A stretch of 63,715 nt of DNA, the filler included, from Collodictyon triciliatum (lineage: Eukaryota), in NCBI GenBank assembly GCA_043381765.1. It is 9 parts of 9 records of this genome, joined end to end, with 100 filler letters (N's around TTAATTAATTAA, not from the genome) between each part and the next. Parts side by side here need not be neighbours in the genome. Positions count along the whole stretch, not along the records: positions 1 to 8,477 come from JBHJMP010003415.1; positions 8,578 to 17,042 come from JBHJMP010003416.1; 7 more parts are not named here. One strand, given 5' to 3'. Positions within the stretch are counted from its first letter, which is position 1. Each line of letters starts with the position of its first letter. Position numbers and translations under genes: made by a program. The notes beneath the pieces are model-generated. The model worked only from the letters and a program-made list of their open reading frames with translations. It made no database searches and had not been told where the DNA came from. Of this stretch, positions 1 to 11,700 are shown piece after piece.

Positions 1-184
1 ACAAAAACAAAAAACAATAACAAAAAACAATAACAAAAAACAATAACAAAAAACAATAACAAAAAACAATAACAAAAAACAATAACAAAAAACAATAACA
101 AAAAACGATAACAAAAAACAGGAACTTCAAATGATTTCATAAATTCATGACGTTTTATTTTGGTAATGAAACAATTCGATACAG

Positions 185-1362
185 GCGTGCATAATCAAGA
201 ATCTCGTTTCCATCCTGTCTGGGCCCAATGGTGAACGTTATGCATCCGATATTGCATACGCTCTAAACGAGGAATTGAATCCTGTGGCACCGAAAGCCCA
301 GCTCAAGGTATGCTATGCTCAAGTTTGGATTTAAAAATGGATGCTACGAGACTTTCCACATTTCATATCAGATCAAAATGCAGCGACTCCACTTTTTTTT
401 TGTATTTTTCTTCTAGATTATCATTCAATTAAAATCATGTATACATGCCCAATACATAGCAGAATAAATATATATATTGAAACTATTTGTTCGTATTGCC
501 ATGCCTTGTATTCATTCTTAACCATAAAATTATCAAGGTTCCTTTGCCAGAGGGGCTAGACCTCGACAAGCAAATCAACGAACCCTCGTCTGATTCAGAC
601 GAGGAAGAGGAGTATGACGAATATTATCGTGGCATGGAGTTTGATATTTTTTCGCCGTATGCTTCAAAATCCGGTTCTCGTTCTACAAAAGGAGGAGCCC
701 AAGCTGATAAAGTTTGCCTATAATTTTACTTTTATCCATCTCACTCCTTGAGGTATCTTTGAAAAATGTAAAGTTTACAATATTAAATCCATGGCACTAA
801 ATGAGGAATATATATCACCCAGCAACGGTCCAAGGACCCCTTCTACATAAAATCTTCAAAGGATGATAACCTGGAACTTGATGATATCCCAATACAAACA
901 TTAACCTTGGACGATGTTGGCGAGCGTATATCTGGTGCTTATTTCATGCCTTTTACTCAAGTCATGCGTTCATGTCGAATCGAAATGAGAGTTTCCTCTG
1001 AAACTATCTTATAACTATTTTATCTTCATGTATAATATTCAACATTACCACCACCTTGCACAAATTGAACGGAAGAATATAAAAAAATCTCTATGTATAA
1101 TATTAGATAAATTTAATATATGACAGTGCAGCTTTCCCCTTTCATTATGGAATTGATTGCAATATTTAGATTACAATTACGGAAATCTTTCGATACACCA
1201 ATCGTCAAAACCGCTAACAGCAGAAAGCCTCGGGTTTGGAAAGCAGAAGGAAGAAAAAGGAAAGAAGTCAAAGAAAGGAAAGAAAGAGAAAGGCGAGTGA
1301 AACGATTTCTTTAACTCGTTACAAAACTTTGTATATGAACAGTCATTTTTTTCTACAAAAAC

Positions 1363-1415
<53 letters not shown>

Positions 1416-4400
1416 CAAGCAAACAAACTAATTATGAAACTAAAATACACCTCGGATGCATATCATGCACCGAAAACATCTAGGCATGGAGGATGAAATC
1501 GTTGTTTCTACTCGATACGATATGCCTGAAGGTGCTCACATAAGTTCTGACGAGGATAAAAATGAAGTAAATTTCATTACATTTGATTGAAAAGAAGCGA
1601 ATGACATTGCAAATTCACCACTTTATATTCTCACGAGCTTGTTTGTGTTACTTGAAGCAATTATGTAGGTTATCCTGCAAGCAATGCTTAACATGAGATA
1701 TATTTCTTAGTTGGAACCCATGGAAAATGCAAGTGGATTTGACATTGATTTGACCACCCCTCTGGGTGCTCACGAAGTGCTCCCTACTATCAAGCCATAT
1801 GTCATGCAAACTGCAGAAGCCTTAAAGGTAAGTACCACCGCAGAATTATTATTATTTTATTTATTTAAGAATGATGTTCTTGAATAAGACGTTTGTCCTA
1901 TTATTCAGTTTGTATATTTTACTATATAGCTTGAATGCGCATGGTCGAGTAATTTTCGTTCATTTTATTTTTAATATTCCTTATGCTTTATTTTCGATGC
2001 TCATCAGAAGCAAAAGAAGATTGAAAGTGAAGCAAACCTGAAAAAAGAAAAGGAAAAAAAGAAGGCAGAAAAATCGGGGAGGTCAGGAAAAGCACCCGAT
2101 AATGACGAAGATGAAGAAATGCCATCGAAGGCGGAGAAGAATCAAAAGCCAATGAAGAAATCAGCCTTGGTTCGCATATTTTTTCATCATCCGCCTATGT
2201 CAACTCTGAATTATTTTTAATTGAAAGGATGCGAAATGATTAACTTGATTCTGGATTCAAAAGTTAAATAAAAGAAAGTTTTCCTCCTTTATTCGATTCA
2301 AAGAAAAAAAAGAAAGTTAAAAATAGAGAATACGGGCTGACTAAAAGCAATGCAGTTTTTTTTTTAGTACAATTGAAAACAATATTTTTTTTTATGTTTA
2401 TTTAATTCTTTTCTTTATATCCCTTGACACTCAGCCCGTGGTCTTTCCTTCGCAGCCATCCCCAACCCTGTCATCATCTTCCCAAACATCACCATCCAAC
2501 CAAGCTACCGACCCGTTTGGAATTGTCCCTCCTGCACCTTCATCCAAGAAAGAGCAGCCGCTCGGATTCATCGCATCCCTGATTTCACCCATGCCCTCTA
2601 CTACAAAGCAAAAGAAGGCCTCAACATCAGCCCCGCCACCTTCAAGCAAACCTGCCGATATGACTTTGGCTGACTTTGACAGCATCTTCGGTGCTGCTCC
2701 GCCTGCCCCAAAATCTTCATCAAAAACTCCGATTCAACCCACCCCATCAGGTCACTCTCGATTAGATCGATCATTTTAACAATTTTTCATGCCCATATTC
2801 TTGGTTGCATGCACCTAGGAATGCCTGTGTTAAAAAATTCAATATTTTAACTGCTTAATCTCCAAAGATGGGCCTCTTATTCTCATCTTTCAACTTATAT
2901 TTATTGGAGTACAGTGCTTCATACACCGTTTAACTTTGAGGAATGCCATAAAACAATATTAATTTTCTTAATTTGGTGCTTACATAGTTGATGACATTTT
3001 AATGGGATTCGATCCAATCTATGCTGGTCCATCGAAGCCGTCAAAAACACCTGCGTTCCAAGTCCCTCAAACAACAGAGGTCAGTAATCCGTCTAGGCTA
3101 ATTATTTAATTCCTGGTTAATTTTATTTGTTTTATCCTTCTTACTCACTTCCTTCGTTTTTTATTTATTTATTTATTTATTTATTCTCTTTTTATGTCTT
3201 CACTTATTTTTTCCTTTTCTCTCTTTCCTTCCTCCTTCGTTTTATTTTTTGTTTTTATTTTTTATTTGATTAATCCTGGTGAGTCAATTTTCCTCGAATC
3301 AACGTATTGTCATTTTATATGCACAACGTCGATGTTTAGGACATTTTAAGCTTCTTAGCTAGTGTGAAGCCAGTAGCGAATTCAGACTCAACTCCAGCTA
3401 GGGATGAGAAGAAAAAGAAGAAAAAATCAAAAGCGGATTCTGATGAGGTACTATTATTCTTCGATTTGGTCATTTTCTTCATTAAGGGATGCACCATCTC
3501 TCCATCTGATATTTCCATATAATTAAGGATGAAACGAGCATGGACGAGAAAAGAAAGGAACATTCTTCAAAGAGTAAATCAGGCTCGTCCTCACGTCAGA
3601 GACAAAAAGATTCAAAGTCAAAGAGAAAGGAGGATTCTGATGAGGTTATCATTATTTCTCCTCTTTCATTTTCGCACATCACCTCAGTATTATTTTATAT
3701 TTCTCTCTGCACCTTTAACTCTTTATAACTATCTTTATTCATATGTTCAATTCAAGTATTATTATCATTATTGTCATCGTCATCGTCATCGTCATCATCG
3801 TCATCATCATCGTCATCATCTTTGTGCAGTACAGTGGTTAACTTAGTAAATATGCGACATAGGATGACGAACCTAAGCCCAGAGAAAAGAGTAAATCGGC
3901 CTCTAATATTCGCATGATCGTGGAAGAAACAAAAAGTAGCAAGAAAACAAGCAAGTTTATGGATGACTCTGATGAGGTAATGACCACACTATGATTACGT
4001 AAGGTCATTAGAACATGCTTTGCAACCAAGTGCACACCAAAGCGAACTAAGGTTTGTAGGGTTGTAAGGCCGAATTAAGCTAATAATATTTCACTAGGAA
4101 GAGGAAGAATATAGACCAAAGACGAAGGTGGACTTTAACAGTAAGCTATTCGAGGAGCCAAAGAGCAAAACCCATACAAAATCACAAAGTAATCCGAAGA
4201 GCGACGTGGGAGATGTAAGTAAAATGCAAAATGATGTATTCATTATTGAGTAAATCGTAGGGCTTATCACCTGTCCTTCAAAAAAAAAAAAAAAAAGTCG
4301 ATTCGTCAATACCTTCTGAATAACCTATGAACGAGTGAATATCTTAATAGATATGACTATTGTAATTATTATTGTTATACATAAAATCAACACAAAAAAC

Positions 4401-5753
4401 ACAGTCGGATGAAGAGATGGCTCATAAGTCAAAGTCAGCATCGAAGACAAAGCATAAGTCAAGAAAGGTGGAAATTGATTCAGATGAAGAGGTTTGCGCT
4501 TCTGGGAGTAATTCTTTTTGATAATGCATTTCGCTTCTACCCTCATCAAATATATAATATAAACGGAGGAAAAACGCTTCGCTATCAACTTTTAGTCCGA
4601 AGAGATACCCAAATCGAAATCTTCGTCAAAGCCAAAGTCCAAGTCCAAGTCCAAATCCAAGAAGACCAAAGACGAATCTGACGAAGAGGTCTGACATTGG
4701 ATATAACACCCATATTTTAAGCTTCATCATATTTTCTTTGCAACAGATAAGAATGTGATTGAATGTCCTCTTGATTTTCGCAGTCCGAAGAAAAATCAAA
4801 GTCAAAGTCGAAGTCGAAGTCTTCATCAAAGTCCAAATCCAGGAAGACAAAGGATGAATCTGATGAAGAGGTTCGATATTTGTTTCCTATTATTTTTTTT
4901 TTAAAAAAAAACAACATTCTCGGGCCAATTGAACACGGTCACGAATTACAAGGTTAAATAGTAATATATGACCATAATTCTATTCTATCACCTTCATAAA
5001 GTCTGAAGAGGAAGCCAGGCACAAACACAAGTCCAAGTCTTCCTCGAAGTCTAGGTCCAAGTCTAGAAGGGATAAAGATGAATCTGATGAAGTTTGTTTA
5101 CCAACATTTTGATAAATAAACGACTCACATATCACTGGGTCATCTTTGTAAAAATAAAATAACTATAAAAGAATAAATACATAATTTAAAAATAAAAACG
5201 AGACTGACGTTTGACTATTATTCGGGCAGTCTGATGAAGATGTCAAGACCAAAACTAAATCATCTTCAAAGATGACGAAATCGATTTCAAAACCCAGGAG
5301 GGTGGTTGAAGAGTCCGATGAGGAGGTTTGTTCTTTTCTCTTTTCCGCTCAATATTATACCTTCATATTGACATTACTTTATTTTCCCTGTGCATAAATG
5401 ATTCTGAGATGTACCACTAATACACATGTATGTTTTCTATGTCTCGATTCATTCTATTAAAAGAGCGAGGACGAGCCGGCACCGAAATACAGGCCCAGCT
5501 CAAAAGCAAAAGCAAGCAAGGAAACCGAACGATCGGAAAAGAAATCAAGTAGTTAATATATAAACAAATAGTTAATTATTTCAAATGGGGCTGCAATTTG
5601 TTTGTCACGCCGCGCATTAAACAGATGTCTTTGATTGTTCCCTCAATTTTTGTTCAAAGGTCTATTTCTTACACCAGCAACCAATATTCTAATGATGCAT
5701 GTCATTCAGAAACAAAGGCAGCTTCGTCCGTCGACCTTCTCCTCGATCTATAA
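185..5753 (+). CDS. AP3D1: AP-3 complex subunit delta, C-terminal part (5'-partial, multi-exon)
   Basis: Spliced exons read ELNPVAPKAQLK|VPLPEGLDLDKQINEP, DPFYIKSS, a K-rich run, DMPEGA and FDIDLTTPLGAHEVLP, matching recalled AP3D1 hinge motifs. A low-complexity tail ends SVDLLLDL* (TAA 5751-5753). Confidence 0.85.
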
Positions 5754-6162
5754 AAGAGCCAATCTGATATCCTCCACTGGCGAAAGAATCACCGGAATAA
5801 ACTCAACCCGTAAATAAGCAATCAAGAAAGGGGGAGAGAGAGAGAGAGAAAAAAAAAGAAGAAAAAAACTCGAAGGACGCAGAACTGTAGTGATAGGTTG
5901 TTCTGCATGATTGTGATGTATAGGCTCCTTCAGAACAGATAAATGTGCATCAAAGGGTGCGATTATTTGCAACGCAGTGGGAAAACCTCAAATACATCTT
6001 CCAAAAACCGAGGGTTGAACCAACATATCAGTGATATTTTGTTTATTTATTTATTTTTAGAAAAGAGCAGCATTTATTTGACTTGTCATCAACTGAGCAT
6101 CTTCAGTAATATCTTGAGCTTCACCACAGCCGTCTCAGAGAAAGCGGTTACTCCGTGGCAGC

Positions 6163-7081
6163 TTACTGAGGAAAGAAATACTTTACGATACGGGCATCTA
6201 ATTGTGCTTAGGGGTGAGTTGTTTGGCCATTACAAAAGGAACACATTATCAGACAGAGTTGTTTCTTTTTGAAAGAGAATTTACCACACGGAACTACGGA
6301 TTACAAACAATGATAAAGACGGCCGATTTCAATTTTCAGGGAAACACTTACATTCGATCTTTCCATCCTTCTTTACACCCGCAGCAAAGAGCATCATGTC
6401 ATATTCCTGGTCTGTCAGCGCCTCTCCCAACTGAGTCATAGCCTGCGTTAAAAACAACAACATTAGAGTGAACTCATCCGTTGATTCTACGGAATTGGAT
6501 ACGCTATTGAACGGGGGTTAATAAGTACGCCGCTGAATAATATGGCTCGTATGTCAGTGAGAATACGGCATTATAGCGCAACGCTTTGCGTGACTGGTGA
6601 TGGGAGAGAGAGAGGGAAGAGAAAAAAAAACCTGACGGAACTCCGAGGCCTCCACAAATCCAGTGTTTTGTTGGTCGAAGCAGCGAAAGGCTGGAAGTTG
6701 AGTCGTGTGCGTCATAAAATGGGTTTGCAAGAAGAAAAAAAAGAGATAATCAACAAGCAATAATAAGGAGGATGGATTATATTTCTCGTTTTTTTTTTTT
6801 TTTTTATCTTTTAACTGACACTGACAATTTCTATAAAATGCCCTGCTCTTTATTTTTTTTAAGACTATGCATTCACCAAAGACTTTGGCTCGACATGTTG
6901 CTCACATGAAACGTAATGCAGCTTCGAAGGAGGGGAAAGAAACATAGGTGTGGGGTTTATTTTATTTTATTTTACTTTGTTTTTGTTTTTGTTTTTGTTT
7001 TTTTTTTAGACTGGGGTGTGAAATACCTTCGTAGATCTCGTCCTGGGTGTTATCGTGCTTGAGTTTGCACTTTCCAGACAT
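6163..7081 (-). CDS. 79-aa single-lobe calmodulin/myosin light chain-like EF-hand protein (exons 7081-7027, 6690-6632, 6442-6352, 6197-6163)
   Basis: GT-AG splicing gives MSGKCKLKHDNTQDEIYEAFRCFDQQNTGFVEASEFRQAMTQLGEALTDQEYDMMLFAAGVKKDGKIEYARIVKYFFPQ*, colinear with the calmodulin C-lobe. Exon lengths sum to 240 nt. Confidence 0.85.
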
Positions 7082-7574
7082 GGGCTCAGCAAGTGAGGCG
7101 GTATAAAAAGGTTTCTCTGAAGCGAAAAGGGACACACAAGTGCGTAAGATTTAGTTCTCGACTATGCTAGCTTATCAACTCGAAGCAACCTTCGCTCCTC
7201 TCGCTCCTCAACACGGCGCGATCAAAGCAGAATCAGAAAAAGAAAAGAATCAAAAAACAAAAAGAAAAAGAAAAAAAAAGGATGACAACTAGGAAACCGC
7301 CTGTCCAAGTATGGCATGATTCCTCAGGAAGTCCACCTTTCGTTTCTGCGCAAGCAGGTTTGATTGCCTGCCCTCGCCTGGTGATGATGGGCGGGTTTGG
7401 TGCGAGTCTGTACGAAATCATAATGCCAGGAAGATAACGAAGAAAACTACGGCCTCGATTCTAAAATATGAATGGCACTCGGACATATCACTGGTTGTGC
7501 TTGAATCGGAAGATGGGAGGAAATAACAATGTATGCTACAGTTTATTGCAACCGAGGCTGCCTTGCAAGAACAG

Positions 7575-8363
7575 TCATGGCTGCGTTGGTTTTGAGACGC
7601 TGTCTTTGGAGGGTGCGTGTTTGTAGTAGATGAGGTAAAAGAAATAGAACAGATAGATCAGGTCACAAAGAACTGAGACAGCCAGCACTGATGCGATGAT
7701 GGCAAAGTATTCGTAGCGAATCTAGTGCATATACGAAGATATTCAAAATCAATGCAGTCTTAGGATTATCCAAACGTGCGCTGTCGCGTTGTGATTACAG
7801 GAAACTTACACATTCTGAGGACCTGAAAATGGAAACACATAGGAAAACATGCCATCCAAGGATTGAACAGAATATCCAACACAAAAGTCTATTCCGCAGG
7901 TCATCCGAACTGCATTATTGTTTTTAGGGAGAAAGCATTGGCTGATAAATAATAAATCAATTGAGGACTTTTTAAGTATCGATTCAAAACGTGAAAGACA
8001 TCAAGCCACATATTTCTATTTCATTTCTCAAGCATCGAAACCATACATGATTGCATACAGAGAAAATGACACAAAATACACGATTTCACAACTTGAATAG
8101 AGCTACAACTCGGACGAACTAATCGAAAGCATACCAGAACGAATCGAGACAGTATGTACACTGAACCCCAGGGAAGAGGAATATCCAGCACAAATAAAAT
8201 ATATACGCGATATTGAACAAAATGTTTGACACCAAGAACCATCTTATCCAATGATTCTCTGGGTCACAAGGAGCATTCCATGACGAATGGACGAGGAATC
8301 CTTGAAGCACTAGCATCCCAAGGGCAAGAAAGCTCGCCATGGACGGAAGTGATATGTCCCCGC
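7575..8363 (-). CDS. Hypothetical small multi-pass membrane protein (5'-partial, at least 3 exons)
   Basis: In-frame splicing gives ...MASFLALGMLVLQGFLV...CDPENHWIRWFLV...LDSFC|SDDLRNRLLCWIFCSILGWHVFLCV...EC|IRYEYFAIIASVLAVSVLCDLIYLFYFFYLIYY...QP*, with four hydrophobic stretches. Confidence 0.55.
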
Positions 8364-8380
8364 TATTACCAAGATCGAAT

Positions 8381-8384
<4 letters not shown>

Positions 8385-8477
<93 letters not shown>
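8385..8477. repeat. (AAT)n microsatellite; similar tracts near 22224-22323, 24733-24835, 30757-30848, 42635-42751, 49564-49638, 56428-56520, 60790-60852
   Basis: Direct reading; intronic or intergenic. Confidence 0.95.
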
Positions 8478-8577
8478 NNNNNNNNNNNNNNNNNNNNNNN
8501 NNNNNNNNNNNNNNNNNNNNNTTAATTAATTAANNNNNNNNNNNNNNNNNNNNNNNNNNNNNNNNNNNNNNNNNNNN
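8478..8577. other. Artificial contig spacer (N44-TTAATTAATTAA-N44); same at 17043-17142, 25606-25705, 30849-30948, 39407-39506, 47967-48066, 56521-56620, 61672-61771
   Basis: Identical 100-nt structure eight times; the 12-mer places stops in all six frames. Confidence 0.98.
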
Positions 8578-8652
8578 AGAATTTAACATCTCATAAAAGT
8601 GAACGACGCCCTATTAAAGCAATTGTTTTGTGTAACTTGTCTCTGAAATAGT

Positions 8653-8691
<39 letters not shown>

Positions 8692-8782
8692 AGAGCATAA
8701 ATTTTGGCAACTTTTGTGGAACGCCCTCTAATCGAGTCGAAAGAGTCTCAAGGACTTAACACCAACCTCATGGTCAGGAAGT

Positions 8783-11700
8783 TTAAGCCTGTATATTTGA
8801 GCTCCGACGTTGCGATAGCCTAAAATCAAGCATTAATTTATTATTTACATTTTGAAAATCGACTTCAATAATAAATAGTATGAGAAATAAATCCAACACA
8901 CCTGTTTGAAACGGTGGTCCAAGTAATCCGAGTAAAATAGCAATTCTTGACTTTAATTGGTTAAATGGTTTTAAGTAATGTGTATCAAGGTTCAATAAAA
9001 AAACATCTACACAAAATTACATGGCAACTTTTACTTAAAAAGAAAAAATACCCACCGACTTCATAGTGTAATTATTTTTTCTTTCACATACAAACATCCA
9101 TACATCAATAAACCTACAAATATAAAAGTATTAGGTCCTATTACTTATATTTTTTGAATAAATATGCGGGATAAACAAACTTGTTGATATTTTCTTCTGA
9201 TATTGATCCGCAGAAGGAACTCCGTGCGTCGATGTAGTTGTCCAAAAAGATTGCTGTTTGTAGATTTTCTGCTTGTTAGTACTAAAGTACAATTCATTTC
9301 TAAAAAAATTTAAATAATTTTACCGTTGTAGATATTCAGGGCCATAAACCCCATCAAAAAGAGGAAACTGAAGAAGAAAATATTTGCTGTTATGGGAAAA
9401 CCGCAGTCCCCTTTTTCCATATCGCACAACGGTGGTTGAATCATGCATCCCCTTCGTATTTCATCCCAACGATCAAAAGTCATGACCCTTTAGAAGAAAA
9501 AAAAACTTTTTTTTAAAAAAAACTCATCACTCAAGCTGCATGTAGATGAATTTGATGATATCATTGACAAAATAGACATCTTCATACACACCTTAGTAGA
9601 GTTAATGACGACGTCCAGAAATTCGAAAAATTTGCATGAGAGTTAAGACCACTTTGGGAATACTTCACATCCTTGAAAAGTTCTCTTCCAATCATAGAGT
9701 ATAAGAATAAAACGGAAACCATAGGACTAATCACTTTTCCCAAAACTACCGAAGAATCCCTAATTTTTTATACTAGTCTTTACTATGACAAATGGCTGAA
9801 TTTTTCTAAGAGCTTGTTAATGCAACCTAATCTAGATTTGAGAAATTTTAAAATGTTTGATAAATGAAAACTTACAAAGCAGTTAGTAGTAATGTATAAA
9901 TATCATCAGATAGATGAAAAAGTCTAAACAATCTGACGAATCGAAATAATCGAAGCATTCTCAAAATAGAAGATGTAGTCTCTCTTTTGTTTCTCAAAAC
10001 GGAGTATATTATTTCTAAAAATTATAATAATAATAATATAAAAAAGACTTCAATATTGTTCTAAACACAGTAACACTAGTAAAATAAATTAAAAGTTCAG
10101 ACCTGACAGGGGTATCATAGTGACAATACAATCAAATAAATTCGCTTTAGAGTAAAAATAAAATTTTCCGTGAGCCACCATTCTGATAATAGCCTCAAAA
10201 AGAAATATAAAAGTAAAAGCGTCATGTACAGCTCCTGTGTTAGATTAAAACAAAATCAATTTGGAAATATTAATTAAAAATTCACGTTCTTTTTTATTCT
10301 ACTCGAATCCTGCATGAAATACAGTATTAATAGTCTTATAAATATAATAAAGCCGAAAAACAACTCACCAAATATCACTGAGGAGACTACATTCTCAATA
10401 TATCCGTCCATTATCAGTGCAAATATACTTAATAATATGCAAGAGCATATTCCGATTTCAAACCTTTTGGAGCTGAACAAAAAAATTATTGAAAATAGTA
10501 CAGTAAATTTGAATTTCTATTTGCAGCTTACCTGGTCATATCGAACAATGACCTTGAGAAATTATTTCTTGGCTTTACTTTAAGCGGATTAGGCCGAGTA
10601 TGCACGTAATATTTCTTTCAAAAAAGATAGTCATGATTACCATAGTTTGTTTCGTATTAATTTACAACATATAAACTATGCATACCCATAAATAGAACCA
10701 TCTCTTTTCATTTGGGGACAATGCGTTAACTCCTCTTTCAACATCTTTTATCTTAATGGGCATAATTAGTTTTCTTTTCGGTTATTATTTTGGTACATCT
10801 ATATCATGAAAGTAACACACCTTTTTGTACTGATGTATTATAATACCCATAATCAAGGAGGACATATAAAATCCCCCAAAAATCATAAATATTACAAAAT
10901 AAACAGATAGCTCTTGTCTGTTATTGTACTTTGGCTGCTTTGATACCTATATTAAGTCCAAAAGAAATATTAGATTCACAATTTTGGAAGAGCCCACTAT
11001 TTTAAATTTTAATTCATTTTAAAACCTTTCAATACAACTTACATGAACAGAGTCCATTCCTTGGTACATAACTTCAAGCCAATCCTCTCTCATAGACAGA
11101 AGTATTAGGGTTTGAAAAGAGTTTGTAAAATCATCGAAATTGTAATATGCATTCGTCCATTCTCTTTGTAAGACCTAATCGACAATGATTTTCTTATGAT
11201 ATTGAAATCAATGGTATGACACTTTAGGAAAATACCTGTCCATCGATACTGACTATTCCATGACATTGAATTGATAATTCTACATCTAATTTTTCATTAA
11301 ATATAATATTGTCTATTTTTGATATGTATTGCTAAAAAATTTTACCTTTATCGTTGCAAAAATTAAATTTGTCCTTGAAAAGCTGAATTCCTATCACAGC
11401 AAATACATACCACACCAATGTCATCAAAACAATCCCACTAATTACTTGTGGGATAGATATGATGATAGCCTTTACTAATTCCTATCATTTTATATAATGA
11501 AGAATATTTAAAATAAATCCATACCAAAATGAGATTTTCTGAATAACTTAATCCTTTATTTTACTTGTTTGTATATTAAATAGAAAAAATAATATCATCA
11601 ATACATACCTTCATTGCCTTGACTTTGTGAATAACTCTCAAAGACCTGAGTGAATTCATAGATCTTGACAACTTGAATTTCAGTAGAGACTTCGGCACAA

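Noticed and set aside
6408-6446. tRNA D-arm-like string on the minus strand (GACTCAGTTGGGAGAGGCG)
   Set aside because: No T-arm or acceptor stem; it is the coding exon MTQLGEAL of the EF-hand gene.
8021-8135. Apparent in-frame TAG, pseudogene or 16-nt mini-intron in the membrane protein gene
   Set aside because: An ordinary GT-AG intron of about 220 nt restores the frame (SFC|SDDL).
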